IMG/VR virus record: IMGVR_UViG_3300048919_000048
Location: 64,001-128,000 of that record
Direction: 5' to 3' (one strand)
DNA: 64,000 bases
Source: a virus
The notes beneath the pieces were generated by a model. That model was not told the origin of the DNA and made no database searches. It saw only the letters and a list, made by a program, of their open reading frames with translations. Below are positions 30,401-39,026 of this stretch, in pieces. The translations under genes were made by a program, and so were the position numbers. Each line of letters starts with the position of its first letter. Position 1 is the first letter of the stretch.

Positions 30401-30719
30401 CAGCGTTAGCTGCATCCTGTGCAGAAATGTACGTTACCGTGTTCCCTTCTTTTGAGGAAATCTTGGTGTCGGAACTTCCAACAAAGAGGCCCTGTTCGTC
30501 TGAGGAGCTTACCACCTGGAGGCGGTTACCTGCACGACGGGATACGTTGACATTTGCCAGAAGAGGAGAGGATTGAGTACCATCACCGATCAGTGTGGTA
30601 GATACGGTGTCTTGTGTCTCGATCCCCGTGAAAGGGGCACCAGACCCACCTGAGGTGCTCGTAGAAGGATCTGGTACGGTAACCAGTACCTCTACGACCT
30701 TATCTTCGTATTGTGCCAT
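27438..30719 (-). CDS. long collagen-repeat fibre protein
   Basis: Gly-X-Y blocks alternating with about six LP..GD.Y..W.G..W.N.G knobs and three G.SAY..A..GF.G..L.SL.G modules. Confidence 0.85.
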   Translation of the reverse strand: MAQYEDKVVEVLVTVPDPSTSTSGGSGAPFTGIETQDTVSTTLIGDGTQSSPLLANVNVSRRAGNRLQVVSSSDEQGLFVGSSDTKISSKEGNTVTYISAQDAANAGNPALEGVYSDPVNVSTTSPNKTLDIKADPTGKAKTQIDVIVDPSAQNALKAGSAGLNVPVSTAQDNMLEIRQGAMYVRPQETKISADPANKIEMKSDGIFVETVKGDKGDTGATGPQGPIGPTGPQGPEGPEGLTGPQGPQGETGPQGATGPAGPAGAQGARGPEGPKGPAGIGINVIDQLSDVTQLPPVADMELGDTYVINQNFWTVVEEGGVKQWKNLGSFAGPQGLSAYEVAVNAGFVGTEDEWLSSLKGADGIGLQILGSFPDPSFLPMEGNSNGDCYIIQDKMYVWTGDTDKWQTVGQVGPEGKSAYQVWLDNGHTGSQVDFLNSLIGPTGPTGPKGDKGDPGVDGTNANAINILGKVADEGSLPAGADAGDAYLIGTDVWVSTGNGNWENLGAFQGPKGDTGDTGPQGPQGVKGDPGATGKDNYALAVEAGFTGSLNEYLASLKGAKGDTGPQGPRGNTGLTGPQGPVGEGVAILGEKASEADLPANPVTGDAWLIGDDLYIFNGTAWQNVGPVRGPKGDTGAQGPAGPKGDTGATGPAGPAGEQGPKGDQGDVGPQGTGLNPKGTVPNEASLPTTDNVKGDFWTTVDTGEGFAWDGLQWVNTGMARGNTGPKGDTGDTGPAGPKGDTGDNGAGVIPKGTVPNQGSLPSSGNTVGDYYVTEDTGTGFSWNGSTWVNMGVVRGPVGPTGATGETGATGAQGPKGDKGDIGPQGPQGDMGPGVEIIGKLNSSSELPPTGTLGQGYLIDGDFWGWTGSAYENLGPIQGPIGPTGPQGNTGPTGPQGVKGDKGDQGSLWIVFARNPTPADGRVGDYFLNSSTLEFFLKTNATTWGSLGHMGGGNVYDAPKDGKQYSRIDGDWTLISVLEAPQDSGYYVRSNGAWKKLDRYDLRVMSATGALDAAVSNVFTVDGTTSKTITISNLPAGRAMTVVVKFIGKGGSMTWPTPMAWSNGTQPALGTTRTILTFFWDGTDLTGVQAMTVD

Positions 30720-30777
30720 TACTTACTTCTCCGGGGAAGGGATGGGAGAGATGGCCCCGTGAAGGGGCCGGAGGGAA

Positions 30778-31380
30778 TTACAGTGCAGCTTTCAGATCTT
30801 CCAACATTGCATCGAAAGTCTTAGCCTTGCTCAGGGAGATTCCCAGAGTCAGGGCGTAGGATTCCAGAGCGGCCTTTGCAGCAGCTTTCTTGGTATCGTC
30901 ACGCAGAGTTTCTGCATGGGCGAGGATCTCTGCCTTTTCTTCATCAGTGCGAGAAGAAACAGCTTTTTCCTCAACTTCTTCCTTGACTTCTGACGTTGGT
31001 TCGATTACAGTTGTCTGTACCAAACCAGCGAGAGGAGAAACTTCCTCAACGTCAGGAGGGATAACGTTGGCGCGGGCCACACGGATCTCTTCGACATTCG
31101 CCAAGAATTTCTCTGGGGTCTTAGGTGTCTCATGGAAGAAAATGAGGAACGCCGCACCCTTACGGACAGAGGCGACAGTGTTGATTCCCAACGCCGTCAT
31201 TTCCTCGATCTGAGTCAGGAATTCATACAGGTTACGGCCCATGACGAGTTCATTGTCATAGGAATAAAGGAAAGGTGCCAGGCGGGCTGATGCATCTACA
31301 TCCAGTTTCGGCAGGTATTGACCGAAGAACTTCAGCATGTGATATTCGCTCTGGAACACTTCCATATGCGGTTGTGCCAT
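30778..31380 (-). CDS. hypothetical virion-associated protein
   Basis: AGGAG RBS; downstream of capsid gene. Confidence 0.7.
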   Translation of the reverse strand: MAQPHMEVFQSEYHMLKFFGQYLPKLDVDASARLAPFLYSYDNELVMGRNLYEFLTQIEEMTALGINTVASVRKGAAFLIFFHETPKTPEKFLANVEEIRVARANVIPPDVEEVSPLAGLVQTTVIEPTSEVKEEVEEKAVSSRTDEEKAEILAHAETLRDDTKKAAAKAALESYALTLGISLSKAKTFDAMLEDLKAAL

Positions 31381-31468
31381 TATAGGATACTCCTTCGTTG
31401 TGAATCAAAAGCCTATCTTACAATGGTACACTATTTTGGTTAAAATGTACAGTTATACCGGAACCAAT

Positions 31469-31497
31469 AAAAAAGGCCACCCGAAGGTGACCTTTTT
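31469..31497 (-). terminator. intrinsic terminator after capsid gene
   Basis: GGTCACC TTCG GGTGGCC T-tract. Confidence 0.8.
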
Positions 31498-31500
31498 CAA

Positions 31501-32499
31501 TTATGCAGTGAACTTACCTGTTGACTTAACAACCAGTTCAGGACGGTTGTTTACGGTCAGGAAGGAAGTCTCAGATTCGATCTTCGCTTCACGCAGGTAG
31601 TTGGACTCTTTGAAGAACACGTACAGTTCCTGAGCCACCTGGTTTGCATCACGCAGGGTGTCGCTCGGAGCGTAGTAGATCTCGAACATACGAGAGATAC
31701 CACGTGGGAAGATATACGCTTCACCTGCCGGGATGTTACCGGAGATATCTTCGATGAACAGGATGTTCTTGTGTTCGAAGATACGGTTGTTAGCGTTACC
31801 GCCCAGACGACGACGCAGCATTTCCTGAGTGGATGGGTACTGAGAGTACGCACCAGTCACCTGTGGGTGAGCGATCAGAGCGGAGAACCACTGACGGGAC
31901 GCCAGAACGACGATCTCGTAGTTGTCACCGTTGTCACCAGCCCAGTCGATGATGTGAGCACGAGCTTCAGCTTCCAGAACCTCGATTGGGTCAACACCCA
32001 GTTTGGTGAAGTCTACGTCAGCCGTAGTCTGGGTTGCACCCCAAACGTCGTAGTAGTCGTAGTCACAGGTCGGGTCATCCGGAGACCAAGAGGTGCCCTT
32101 CAGAGCAGCATACATGGCTTTGGACTTCAGGATCGCATGGCTGCGACGGATACGTGCCATGTGGCGCTGAACTTCAGCGTCAACCGTGGCTGGGGCGTTC
32201 TCGGTGCCGAACTCACGGAAGTTCTGGATATCAGCACGGTCGATGGAACGGTCCAGTGGGAAGAACGGAATGTTCAGGTTGATGATCTTTTTACGATCGT
32301 TCGCCAGGTGCTGACGTACACCACCACGCTGAACAGCCTTGATGTCACCAGCGCCGTCATCACGACGCTCGATACGAGCCACAGTGGTACGACCATAGTG
32401 TTCGGAGAACAGGTTCATGCTCTGGAGCAGAGTGTCCACACGTGGCATGGTAGAGATCAGGCCAGTGTAGTCAAGAATCTGGAAATCACCGTTTTGCAT
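31501..32499 (-). CDS. major capsid protein (Phage_cap_E-like)
   Basis: IPFFPLD..I..ADIQ and ESETSFLTVNNRPELV motifs. Confidence 0.9.
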   Translation of the reverse strand: MQNGDFQILDYTGLISTMPRVDTLLQSMNLFSEHYGRTTVARIERRDDGAGDIKAVQRGGVRQHLANDRKKIINLNIPFFPLDRSIDRADIQNFREFGTENAPATVDAEVQRHMARIRRSHAILKSKAMYAALKGTSWSPDDPTCDYDYYDVWGATQTTADVDFTKLGVDPIEVLEAEARAHIIDWAGDNGDNYEIVVLASRQWFSALIAHPQVTGAYSQYPSTQEMLRRRLGGNANNRIFEHKNILFIEDISGNIPAGEAYIFPRGISRMFEIYYAPSDTLRDANQVAQELYVFFKESNYLREAKIESETSFLTVNNRPELVVKSTGKFTA

Positions 32500-32518
32500 T
32501 TAAATATCTCCTGTTGAA

Positions 32519-32977
32519 TTACAGTACGGAACCGATGAACTGGGTGCCGACAATCTTATCAGTTACCTGGTTACCTTGGGCTTCCAGAACCTTGATACCT
32601 GCGGCGTCGATCGCGGTGCCGTCAGCGTATTTGACTTTCAGAGCGTTCAGGGTCAGGCCGCGAACCGCCAGAACCATAGGAACTTTCTCGCCTGGTGTGA
32701 AAACACCAACGTAGTGTTCAACACCCGGCAGAACCTTACGGTCAACCAGAACACCGTAGATGTCAGCAGCGTCAGCAGGAGCGGCAACCGGAGTACCGTC
32801 TTCTTTTACCAACAGGCCAGCAAACAGGGTAGTTTTTGAATCCGCAGCCGCGCCGGATGCGATAAAGGTCATATCCACTTCTTTGAAGTTCCAGCCAGTG
32901 TCACCGAAGGCAACAACACGGCCCAGAACGATATCGGAGTAGTTACCTTCGAGGGTAGCAACGTGTGCTTTAGCCAT
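32519..32977 (-). CDS. head decoration protein
   Basis: Position upstream of capsid gene; YGVL..VRG. Confidence 0.7.
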   Translation of the reverse strand: MAKAHVATLEGNYSDIVLGRVVAFGDTGWNFKEVDMTFIASGAAADSKTTLFAGLLVKEDGTPVAAPADAADIYGVLVDRKVLPGVEHYVGVFTPGEKVPMVLAVRGLTLNALKVKYADGTAIDAAGIKVLEAQGNQVTDKIVGTQFIGSVL

Positions 32978-32994
32978 TTTTAGGGGTCTCCAGA

Positions 32995-34098
32995 TTAGGC
33001 GTTAATGAATTCAGCAGAGCCAGAAGCTTTCGCCAGTTCTGCTTGACGTTCTTTGATCACACGGTCCAGACGGGCCTGTGCATCTTCGGAACCCTTGGCG
33101 ACTTCGGTCAGGGTGCCGTCAGCACCGATGCCTTTGCCATCAGCGAAGGATTTTTTAATCTGCTCGATCTCTGCATCTTTAGCAACAAGAGCGTCGTCTT
33201 TTGCTTTCAGATCAGCGGCAGCTTTTTCCAGTACAGAAACCAAGACGGCCTGCGCTGGGTTTTCGATCACATCGGCAACAACTTCACGCTGGTCAGCAGC
33301 TACGAAGGAAAAGCCGGAGGCTTTCTCAATAGCTACGGCGCGTTTAGCTGCCAGTTGAGCCTTAACGATTTCCTCAGCAGCACCAAAGGTTTTCTGCATA
33401 GAGGTCATCTGGGCAACCAGAGCTTCATTGGCCTTCATCAGATCAATGAACTGCTGGGATTTGGTTACGTCAACTTCTTTCTCCACGGGATTCTCCTCGA
33501 TGGTGTTGGTAGATGCTCCAGCGGAGCTTTCAGTTGGTGCCTCAGCAGTAGACTTTTGTGTTTCCACAACAGGCTTGACTTCTGGAGCAGGTTCGGTTAC
33601 AGTCTTATCACCGAAGTCGATACCCAAGTCACGGCAACCGTCTTCAAAGTCCTTGCGGGCCTTGATAAGCTCGAACTGTTCCATAAGGGACAATTCTGCG
33701 CCGTCACGGGCCTTTTTGATGATGGATACGGAGGCGAGTTTTTCATCCAGGTATTCCTGGTGTTTCTCGTTCCATTCCGCTTCCCATGAGTCATCATTAG
33801 GCGGGTTATCTTCGATGGACTGTTCGAACTCGGTTTTCATCCCAAGCACCTTGGTGAGCAACTCAGCGTCTCCACTCCACAAATGGAAGAAGCGGCGCAG
33901 GTACTCTTCCATGGAGATGGTGAGCGTAACCTGTTCGAGAGATTTAAGGATGTCAACCGTGAGCTTGTCAGGGTCAACTTCAGATTTGGTCAGGAGGCTG
34001 ACGTGGCGGTTATTCGCGCTGTAGCCCTGATCTTTGTGAGTGAGAGCAATGCCGCGAGACTTAATCTTGCGACCTTTCTCGATCCACGTCTTGATCAT
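32995..34098 (-). CDS. scaffolding protein
   Basis: Acidic, coiled-coil, repeated xKS/xKA sites; between protease and capsid genes. Confidence 0.7.
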   Translation of the reverse strand: MIKTWIEKGRKIKSRGIALTHKDQGYSANNRHVSLLTKSEVDPDKLTVDILKSLEQVTLTISMEEYLRRFFHLWSGDAELLTKVLGMKTEFEQSIEDNPPNDDSWEAEWNEKHQEYLDEKLASVSIIKKARDGAELSLMEQFELIKARKDFEDGCRDLGIDFGDKTVTEPAPEVKPVVETQKSTAEAPTESSAGASTNTIEENPVEKEVDVTKSQQFIDLMKANEALVAQMTSMQKTFGAAEEIVKAQLAAKRAVAIEKASGFSFVAADQREVVADVIENPAQAVLVSVLEKAAADLKAKDDALVAKDAEIEQIKKSFADGKGIGADGTLTEVAKGSEDAQARLDRVIKERQAELAKASGSAEFINA

Positions 34099-34673
34099 TT
34101 GGCTTCCTCTTCTTCGAGTGAAATACTGAAGTCAAGTTGAGTCAGTTCGTTAGTCTCTTCGTTCAGCATTCCGCCGCACTGAAGTGACAGGCCACCGATA
34201 ATTCCGGCCTTTTTCAACTCCCATGTTTCAGGGGTGTATTGAACCTTCGCTACCCATGACCCAGCTTTAATTACTTCGCCTGTTTCAGCGACTGTGACGT
34301 CGAACTCTGGTTGAATCCAGTGGTCAACGATTTTCCAAGAGTCGGTATCAAAAAGGTGATACAGGTTCTCCGTGACAGCACCGAGTTCCTGAGCCTTTTT
34401 GAAATCCTGTTGGGCTTTTACCAAGGTATCCTTGGACATCCATTGCCCGTGAAGGTCCGGGGTGTCAGGTTCATAAATGATCTCGTAAGAAACCATCTCC
34501 TCTGCACCTGCGGATTTCTGGACAAGGACGGAGCCAACGGCCCCGTCAATTGCAGCAGCTTTATTAAAACCCTGCGACAGAAGGTCGTTGGCCTTTTTCA
34601 CAAACCGACTCTTTTGAATTCGAGTCAGAATAGCCTGTGAAGGAAGGTCGGAAAGGGTAATGTTTTCCATCAT
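34095..34673 (-). CDS. prohead protease (XkdF-like)
   Basis: YEPDTPDLHG..H..GSWV..W..KAG..GLS. Confidence 0.8.
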   Translation of the reverse strand: MMENITLSDLPSQAILTRIQKSRFVKKANDLLSQGFNKAAAIDGAVGSVLVQKSAGAEEMVSYEIIYEPDTPDLHGQWMSKDTLVKAQQDFKKAQELGAVTENLYHLFDTDSWKIVDHWIQPEFDVTVAETGEVIKAGSWVAKVQYTPETWELKKAGIIGGLSLQCGGMLNEETNELTQLDFSISLEEEEAK

Positions 34674-34739
34674 TGCTCCCGTGATAATTATTTTAGCACT
34701 GAACTGACTGTTTTGCAACAGGTTGTTTTCACGACCGGA

Positions 34740-36263
34740 TTAATTATCCAAATTAGCCGCTGAATTATCCCGTGCAGCAGAGATTTTACCAGTACCGTTA
34801 CCGGAAGAACCCTTCGTCATGCCGTCCCCGGCGCGACTGGTATCTTCTCCCAACAGCTTCATGAGTCCCTCTTGAGAAATGTCTTCCTCAATCTTCTCAT
34901 CAATGCCCAGAACTTCAAGAACACGGTTGATAACCTTAGGAGTCTTCGGCAGGTAGCCAACGGCACCGATACGCTGAATCGCCTTAGAGAAACCTTCCAT
35001 GTCTACGTCCACAATCTCCCCAGCCTTGACGTATGGCATCTCTGTCTCTGGGAGGCGGATGTCATTCAGGGCCAGCAGTTGTGGCAGCAGGTTTTCGTTC
35101 AGAGCTTCCAGAATGATCTCGTTTACACGCTGAACAAACTGGGTGTGGATGGTCTGTTTTGACTCAGACAGGTTGTAAGAACCGCCCTTGTCGTTACCCA
35201 CGTTGATGAATCCAGCACCGAGGCGGTCAAGGATGGACTTCTTACGGTCGCTAATCAACTGTGCGGTACTGTACTGCTTGCCCATCCCATCGATCCCTTT
35301 CAGGGTCATGGAATACTGAGGGGCGTTGTCCTTGGTGTCAGAAGGCAGCATGAAGAATGACTGCTCACCAGAGTGGGCGTTTGCAGCATCTTCCATCAGG
35401 CCACGAACCATCTCCGCTTCCGGGGAGGACGGGTCCATAGCCGCCTTGTTAAGGATCTGGGAAGGGATCTTCAATTCGATCACACCGCCCATGTCCTTGG
35501 TGGCACCAACGACTTCGAGGTTCTCAATCAGAATCTTTTCACGCCAGGCGCGGTAACATCCTACCAGGGGTGATACGCCGAGAGCTTGGGAGGAAGAACC
35601 ACCCGTATTCATGAGCATCACACGGTTGATAGGGATGATTACGTCACTCATCCGGGTGGATGTACCACCAACGCCGATTTCGCTGGCTGTGTAGTTCTGG
35701 AAAGCCGACAGGGATTGTTTTACACCGACGATAGCAGAACCATCTTCGTTATAGACAATCGGGTTTGTACGGCTCAGTGAAGCTTGTGGTCGGAAAGCAA
35801 GGTTTTTAATCTTGTACTTGCCGATGTATTCTCCAACTGTTACCTGCGTGTAGACTTTCTCCACAACGGACAGGCCATACTCGTTGAATGTCGCAGCATC
35901 ACGGGCGAACTGGCGGAGGGTCTGACCATCCATGTTCTTCAGGCAATACTCGACGAACTTAGCAGCCTTTTTGGACTCCTCAGATTCACCAGGGATTACC
36001 TTGAAGTCCTTGAACGCTTTTTCCACGAAAGTGTACAGCATGTCAAGGCCAGTCGCAACAGTCGCATCCTGCTTCATGGATTCAACTGTGCCGATCAGGT
36101 TAGGCCAGCGGATCTCTTCCGCCTTCATACGTTCTGAGTCAACCTGAACCTTTGCCAAAGCAAAAGTCCCCTGCTCACTCATACGCATACGGGATACGTT
36201 GACCTGTTCGCTGGTGGCCTTAGCCACACGAACTTGGCGATTACGATTACGTTTTCTTGACAC
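34740..36263 (-). CDS. portal protein
   Basis: YGLSVVEKVY, GSYNLSE motifs; follows TerL. Confidence 0.9.
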   Translation of the reverse strand: MSRKRNRNRQVRVAKATSEQVNVSRMRMSEQGTFALAKVQVDSERMKAEEIRWPNLIGTVESMKQDATVATGLDMLYTFVEKAFKDFKVIPGESEESKKAAKFVEYCLKNMDGQTLRQFARDAATFNEYGLSVVEKVYTQVTVGEYIGKYKIKNLAFRPQASLSRTNPIVYNEDGSAIVGVKQSLSAFQNYTASEIGVGGTSTRMSDVIIPINRVMLMNTGGSSSQALGVSPLVGCYRAWREKILIENLEVVGATKDMGGVIELKIPSQILNKAAMDPSSPEAEMVRGLMEDAANAHSGEQSFFMLPSDTKDNAPQYSMTLKGIDGMGKQYSTAQLISDRKKSILDRLGAGFINVGNDKGGSYNLSESKQTIHTQFVQRVNEIILEALNENLLPQLLALNDIRLPETEMPYVKAGEIVDVDMEGFSKAIQRIGAVGYLPKTPKVINRVLEVLGIDEKIEEDISQEGLMKLLGEDTSRAGDGMTKGSSGNGTGKISAARDNSAANLDN

Positions 36264-36281
36264 GGCATATCCCCTGTGGTA

Positions 36282-37769
36282 TTAATAACGTCGTGAAGCG
36301 TACAAAGTAGGGGCATTTGGTCGAGGAATAGCGACGGCGCGGACAACCTCGGTCTTCTCCAGGAAGTTAATTCCTGATGCCACGGCATCCGCCCAGTCAT
36401 CCTTACGGGACCCAGTAGAACGCTCACCGTTGAAAGCTTCAAGCTCTTTCATCAGGGCGATATACGTGTCCATCGGGAATGACTTTTTGACGATCCGGAC
36501 AAATCCGTTTTGAGCCAATTGGGCGAACGGAGAGAAGCGGGTAAGCTTCGATTTGTTACCGGGCGTCGGGTCTTTTTCCACCAAGTACCCTTTGGAGATA
36601 AGATCTCTGGATGACGTTGTAAACTCAGAAATACCTGCTTGGCCCGGGTCAACGGAGAAGATGATGATTGTATCGTCACCATCAATGATCGCCTGTTTGG
36701 TGATCAGTACATCACGCTCGCCAGCCTTTTTACAAAAGCGGCCTGCGGTCCCGGTAGACCATTCACCGTCGTCGATGAAGTCTTCATGGTAATCTCCGAA
36801 CAGGTAGTAAAACCCGTCGTCATCACGCGCCACACCGATCCCGGCAGTGAAGTCGGGGGTCTTGTTAGCTGTGGAGCGCTCCGTGCCTGCCTTATCGTAA
36901 GCACGTACTTTAGTGACGTTCAGTGGGAGGCAATCAACCTCTTTCAGGAACTCACGTTTGAAATAGTTTGCACCTTCCGGGCGGGCATCCCAGTTGCCGT
37001 GAAGCAGACGGGCGCGGTCAACGTCGTTCAGACCTTCCAACTGGGCAAGGTATTCCGGGTTGTTGATCAGCATCGGAGGGTTGTCGTAAATGGTGGAAGA
37101 GATGAAGCTGAAAGATACCGGGCGAGTTTTCTTGCCGTATCTCTCTTGGAGTTCTTCCTTGGTGGCACCCCAAATGTAGTTGTCGTCAATACGGACAAAC
37201 CAGCGGATGACACCGTCACGCTCTGGGATCGGGAAGCCGTTCTCGTCCAGATACCAGTCAATCATTTCCCGGAGTTTGTGATCCGGGTCCGGGTTACAAG
37301 AGATAACCATGCGGGAAGGATATTTCGAGCCAGAACGCAAACGAGACATCATGTACTCAAGCTGTTCCCACTCAAACTGTGTTCCTTCGTCCACGCCGAT
37401 GAAAGTAAATTCCAGACCCTGGATGTTGTACTTATCGTTGATATGCTGCATGGACTGCCACTTCACCGTCGCCCCGTTAGGGAACGTCGCAATCATCTCG
37501 TTCTCTTTGAACTTCGGCTTGACGATTGGTGGAAGCTGGTTGTAAATATCTTTAGCCTTGTCGAACAGACCGCCCTGACCACGAATCTGAGGCACTGTAC
37601 GGCGGAACATGATACATGCTGTACGAGGATCGTCTACGATCAGGAGCGGCATCAACTGGAGCAGGTAAGACTTACCTGAACCTGCTGCACCACCCATGAC
37701 GAGGATCTGGGCCTTGGATTCGAGAACCATCTGTTGCTTACGGCTCGCAGGTGCGAACGTAGCTGACAT
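36282..37769 (-). CDS. terL: terminase large subunit
   Basis: GGAAGSGKS Walker A, IGVDE Walker B, SCNP, KDDWADA nuclease motif. Confidence 0.95.
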   Translation of the reverse strand: MSATFAPASRKQQMVLESKAQILVMGGAAGSGKSYLLQLMPLLIVDDPRTACIMFRRTVPQIRGQGGLFDKAKDIYNQLPPIVKPKFKENEMIATFPNGATVKWQSMQHINDKYNIQGLEFTFIGVDEGTQFEWEQLEYMMSRLRSGSKYPSRMVISCNPDPDHKLREMIDWYLDENGFPIPERDGVIRWFVRIDDNYIWGATKEELQERYGKKTRPVSFSFISSTIYDNPPMLINNPEYLAQLEGLNDVDRARLLHGNWDARPEGANYFKREFLKEVDCLPLNVTKVRAYDKAGTERSTANKTPDFTAGIGVARDDDGFYYLFGDYHEDFIDDGEWSTGTAGRFCKKAGERDVLITKQAIIDGDDTIIIFSVDPGQAGISEFTTSSRDLISKGYLVEKDPTPGNKSKLTRFSPFAQLAQNGFVRIVKKSFPMDTYIALMKELEAFNGERSTGSRKDDWADAVASGINFLEKTEVVRAVAIPRPNAPTLYASRRY

Positions 37770-37831
37770 AATTCTCCTGAAATAAATGTTGACAACTAAT
37801 GCAATATGGGTATATTACCATAATACGGCCC

Positions 37832-37866
37832 AAAAGAAAAGGCCCTCCACGTATGGAGAGCCTTTT
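37832..37866 (-). terminator. intrinsic terminator
   Basis: Hairpin with T-tract after spanins. Confidence 0.7.
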
Positions 37867-37873
37867 GGCACAA

Positions 37874-38188
37874 TCACTTACCCTTGTCGCAGACTTCCCC
37901 AACCGAATCGTGGAAGAGGTTGCAGACGTATTGCTGGAGGTCTTCGAACCTGCGTTCTATTGTCCCTGCACGTAAGTTGTTGTTACTAACCACAACTCCG
38001 GCCTCACCGTTGTCAGCACCCCTCTTCAGGTACTGCTTTGGCGGCGACTTACGCATTAGCTCTCTGTCCGGCTTTGCTGCAAGGTCTTCTATCGTGGTGC
38101 CCTTGAAGGCAACCTCTGGGATTCTGTCTTTATTGCTACATCCTGATAGTGCCAGAACCATGAACATTCCGAGAATAAACTTCCTCAT
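37874..38188 (-). CDS. o-spanin (lipoprotein)
   Basis: LALSGC lipobox, Pro-rich, LQQYV; coupled to i-spanin. Confidence 0.8.
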   Translation of the reverse strand: MRKFILGMFMVLALSGCSNKDRIPEVAFKGTTIEDLAAKPDRELMRKSPPKQYLKRGADNGEAGVVVSNNNLRAGTIERRFEDLQQYVCNLFHDSVGEVCDKGK

Positions 38189-38559
38189 CAGTCCCCCAAG
38201 GATTCATTGTACAGGTCGATAAAGTCATCATCCAGCCCTTTCTTCCGGGCGGCTTCAGTCTTGTTGTATTCGATCTGCTTGTGAGTTACATCCTGGGTAC
38301 GCTTCTCTTCAAGCTTGCGCTTCTCTTCAGATACCCGGGCCAGTTGTTCGTTAAGAGACACGTTCTCGGCCTTACCTTTGTCGATAAGGTCAACGTACTC
38401 CTTCCCTTTCTTCTCCCACTGGACATTAGCAGACTGGAACCCACGGTCATATGCCGCAGACTCCTTCGTACCGACGTACCAGTTGAAGGAGAAGATCAGT
38501 GCGATCGCCACTGCAATGCCGATCAGATACTTCTTGTATTTCAGAATAAATGCGTTCAT
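38188..38559 (-). CDS. i-spanin
   Basis: N-terminal TM, coiled coil, LDDDFIDLYN tail. Confidence 0.8.
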   Translation of the reverse strand: MNAFILKYKKYLIGIAVAIALIFSFNWYVGTKESAAYDRGFQSANVQWEKKGKEYVDLIDKGKAENVSLNEQLARVSEEKRKLEEKRTQDVTHKQIEYNKTEAARKKGLDDDFIDLYNESLGD

Positions 38560-38596
38560 ACTTCCCTCCTCTGAGTAGTTTATCACCGTTTGCACA

Positions 38597-38625
38597 AATA
38601 AAAAAGCCCTCCACGAAGGGAGGGC
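38597..38625 (-). terminator. terminator ending the tRNA array transcript
   Basis: GCCCTCC stem, TTCG-containing loop, T-tract. Confidence 0.75.
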
Positions 38626-38668
38626 ACTGAGGCGAAGGAGAGGAGATATTTCTGTTATTATAAGAATG

Positions 38669-38744
38669 TGGTGGAACTGAACGGATTTGAACCGCCGACG
38701 CGATGCTCTTCAGGCAACCGCTCTACCAACTGAGCTACAGTTCC
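38669..38744 (-). tRNA. tRNA-Phe(GAA)
   Basis: Cloverleaf, loop CTGAAGA, encoded CCA. Confidence 0.9.
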
Positions 38745-38747
38745 AAA

Positions 38748-38836
38748 ATAATCAGGGACTTGCGTTACTCCAGTATCGGAATCCACATTGAGTACGCCTA
38801 CTCAACCCTACTCACATTCAACCGGAGCCTGATTAT
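38748..38836 (-). ncRNA. putative structured ncRNA
   Basis: ATAATCAGG/CCTGATTAT closing stem, CTCCGGT/ACTGGAG, TTGAGTA-GGCG-TACTCAA. Confidence 0.5.
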
Positions 38837-38841
38837 CTATT

Positions 38842-38928
38842 TGGCAGAAGAGGAGAGACTTGAACTCTCAGGCCCCTAGGGACCCCGGATTAGCAGTCCG
38901 GTGCGGCTACCAATTTCGCCACTCTTCT
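38842..38928 (-). tRNA. tRNA-Ser(GCT)
   Basis: CCGGA CTGCTAA TCCGG, long variable arm, GCCA. Confidence 0.9.
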
Positions 38929-38932
38929 AAAT

Positions 38933-39025
38933 TGGCGGAAGATAATAGAGTCGAACTATCACCGTGGGGTCGCCACAGCGGGCCGGGGTTCAAATCCGGG
39001 TGCGTACCACTACGCCCTATCTTCC
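38933..39025 (-). tRNA. tRNA-Ser(TGA)
   Basis: Loop TTTGAAC, long variable arm, GCCA. Confidence 0.85.
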
Positions 39026-39026
39026 A

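Noticed and set aside
27438-30719. Repeats resembling a CRISPR or tandem array
   Set aside because: Explained by Gly-X-Y collagen codons; no repeat-spacer structure anywhere in the window
38933-39025. Possible selenocysteine or suppressor tRNA
   Set aside because: The plus strand shows TTCAAA, but the gene is on the minus strand with anticodon TGA (Ser); no TCA/CTA anticodon in the array and no sign of recoding
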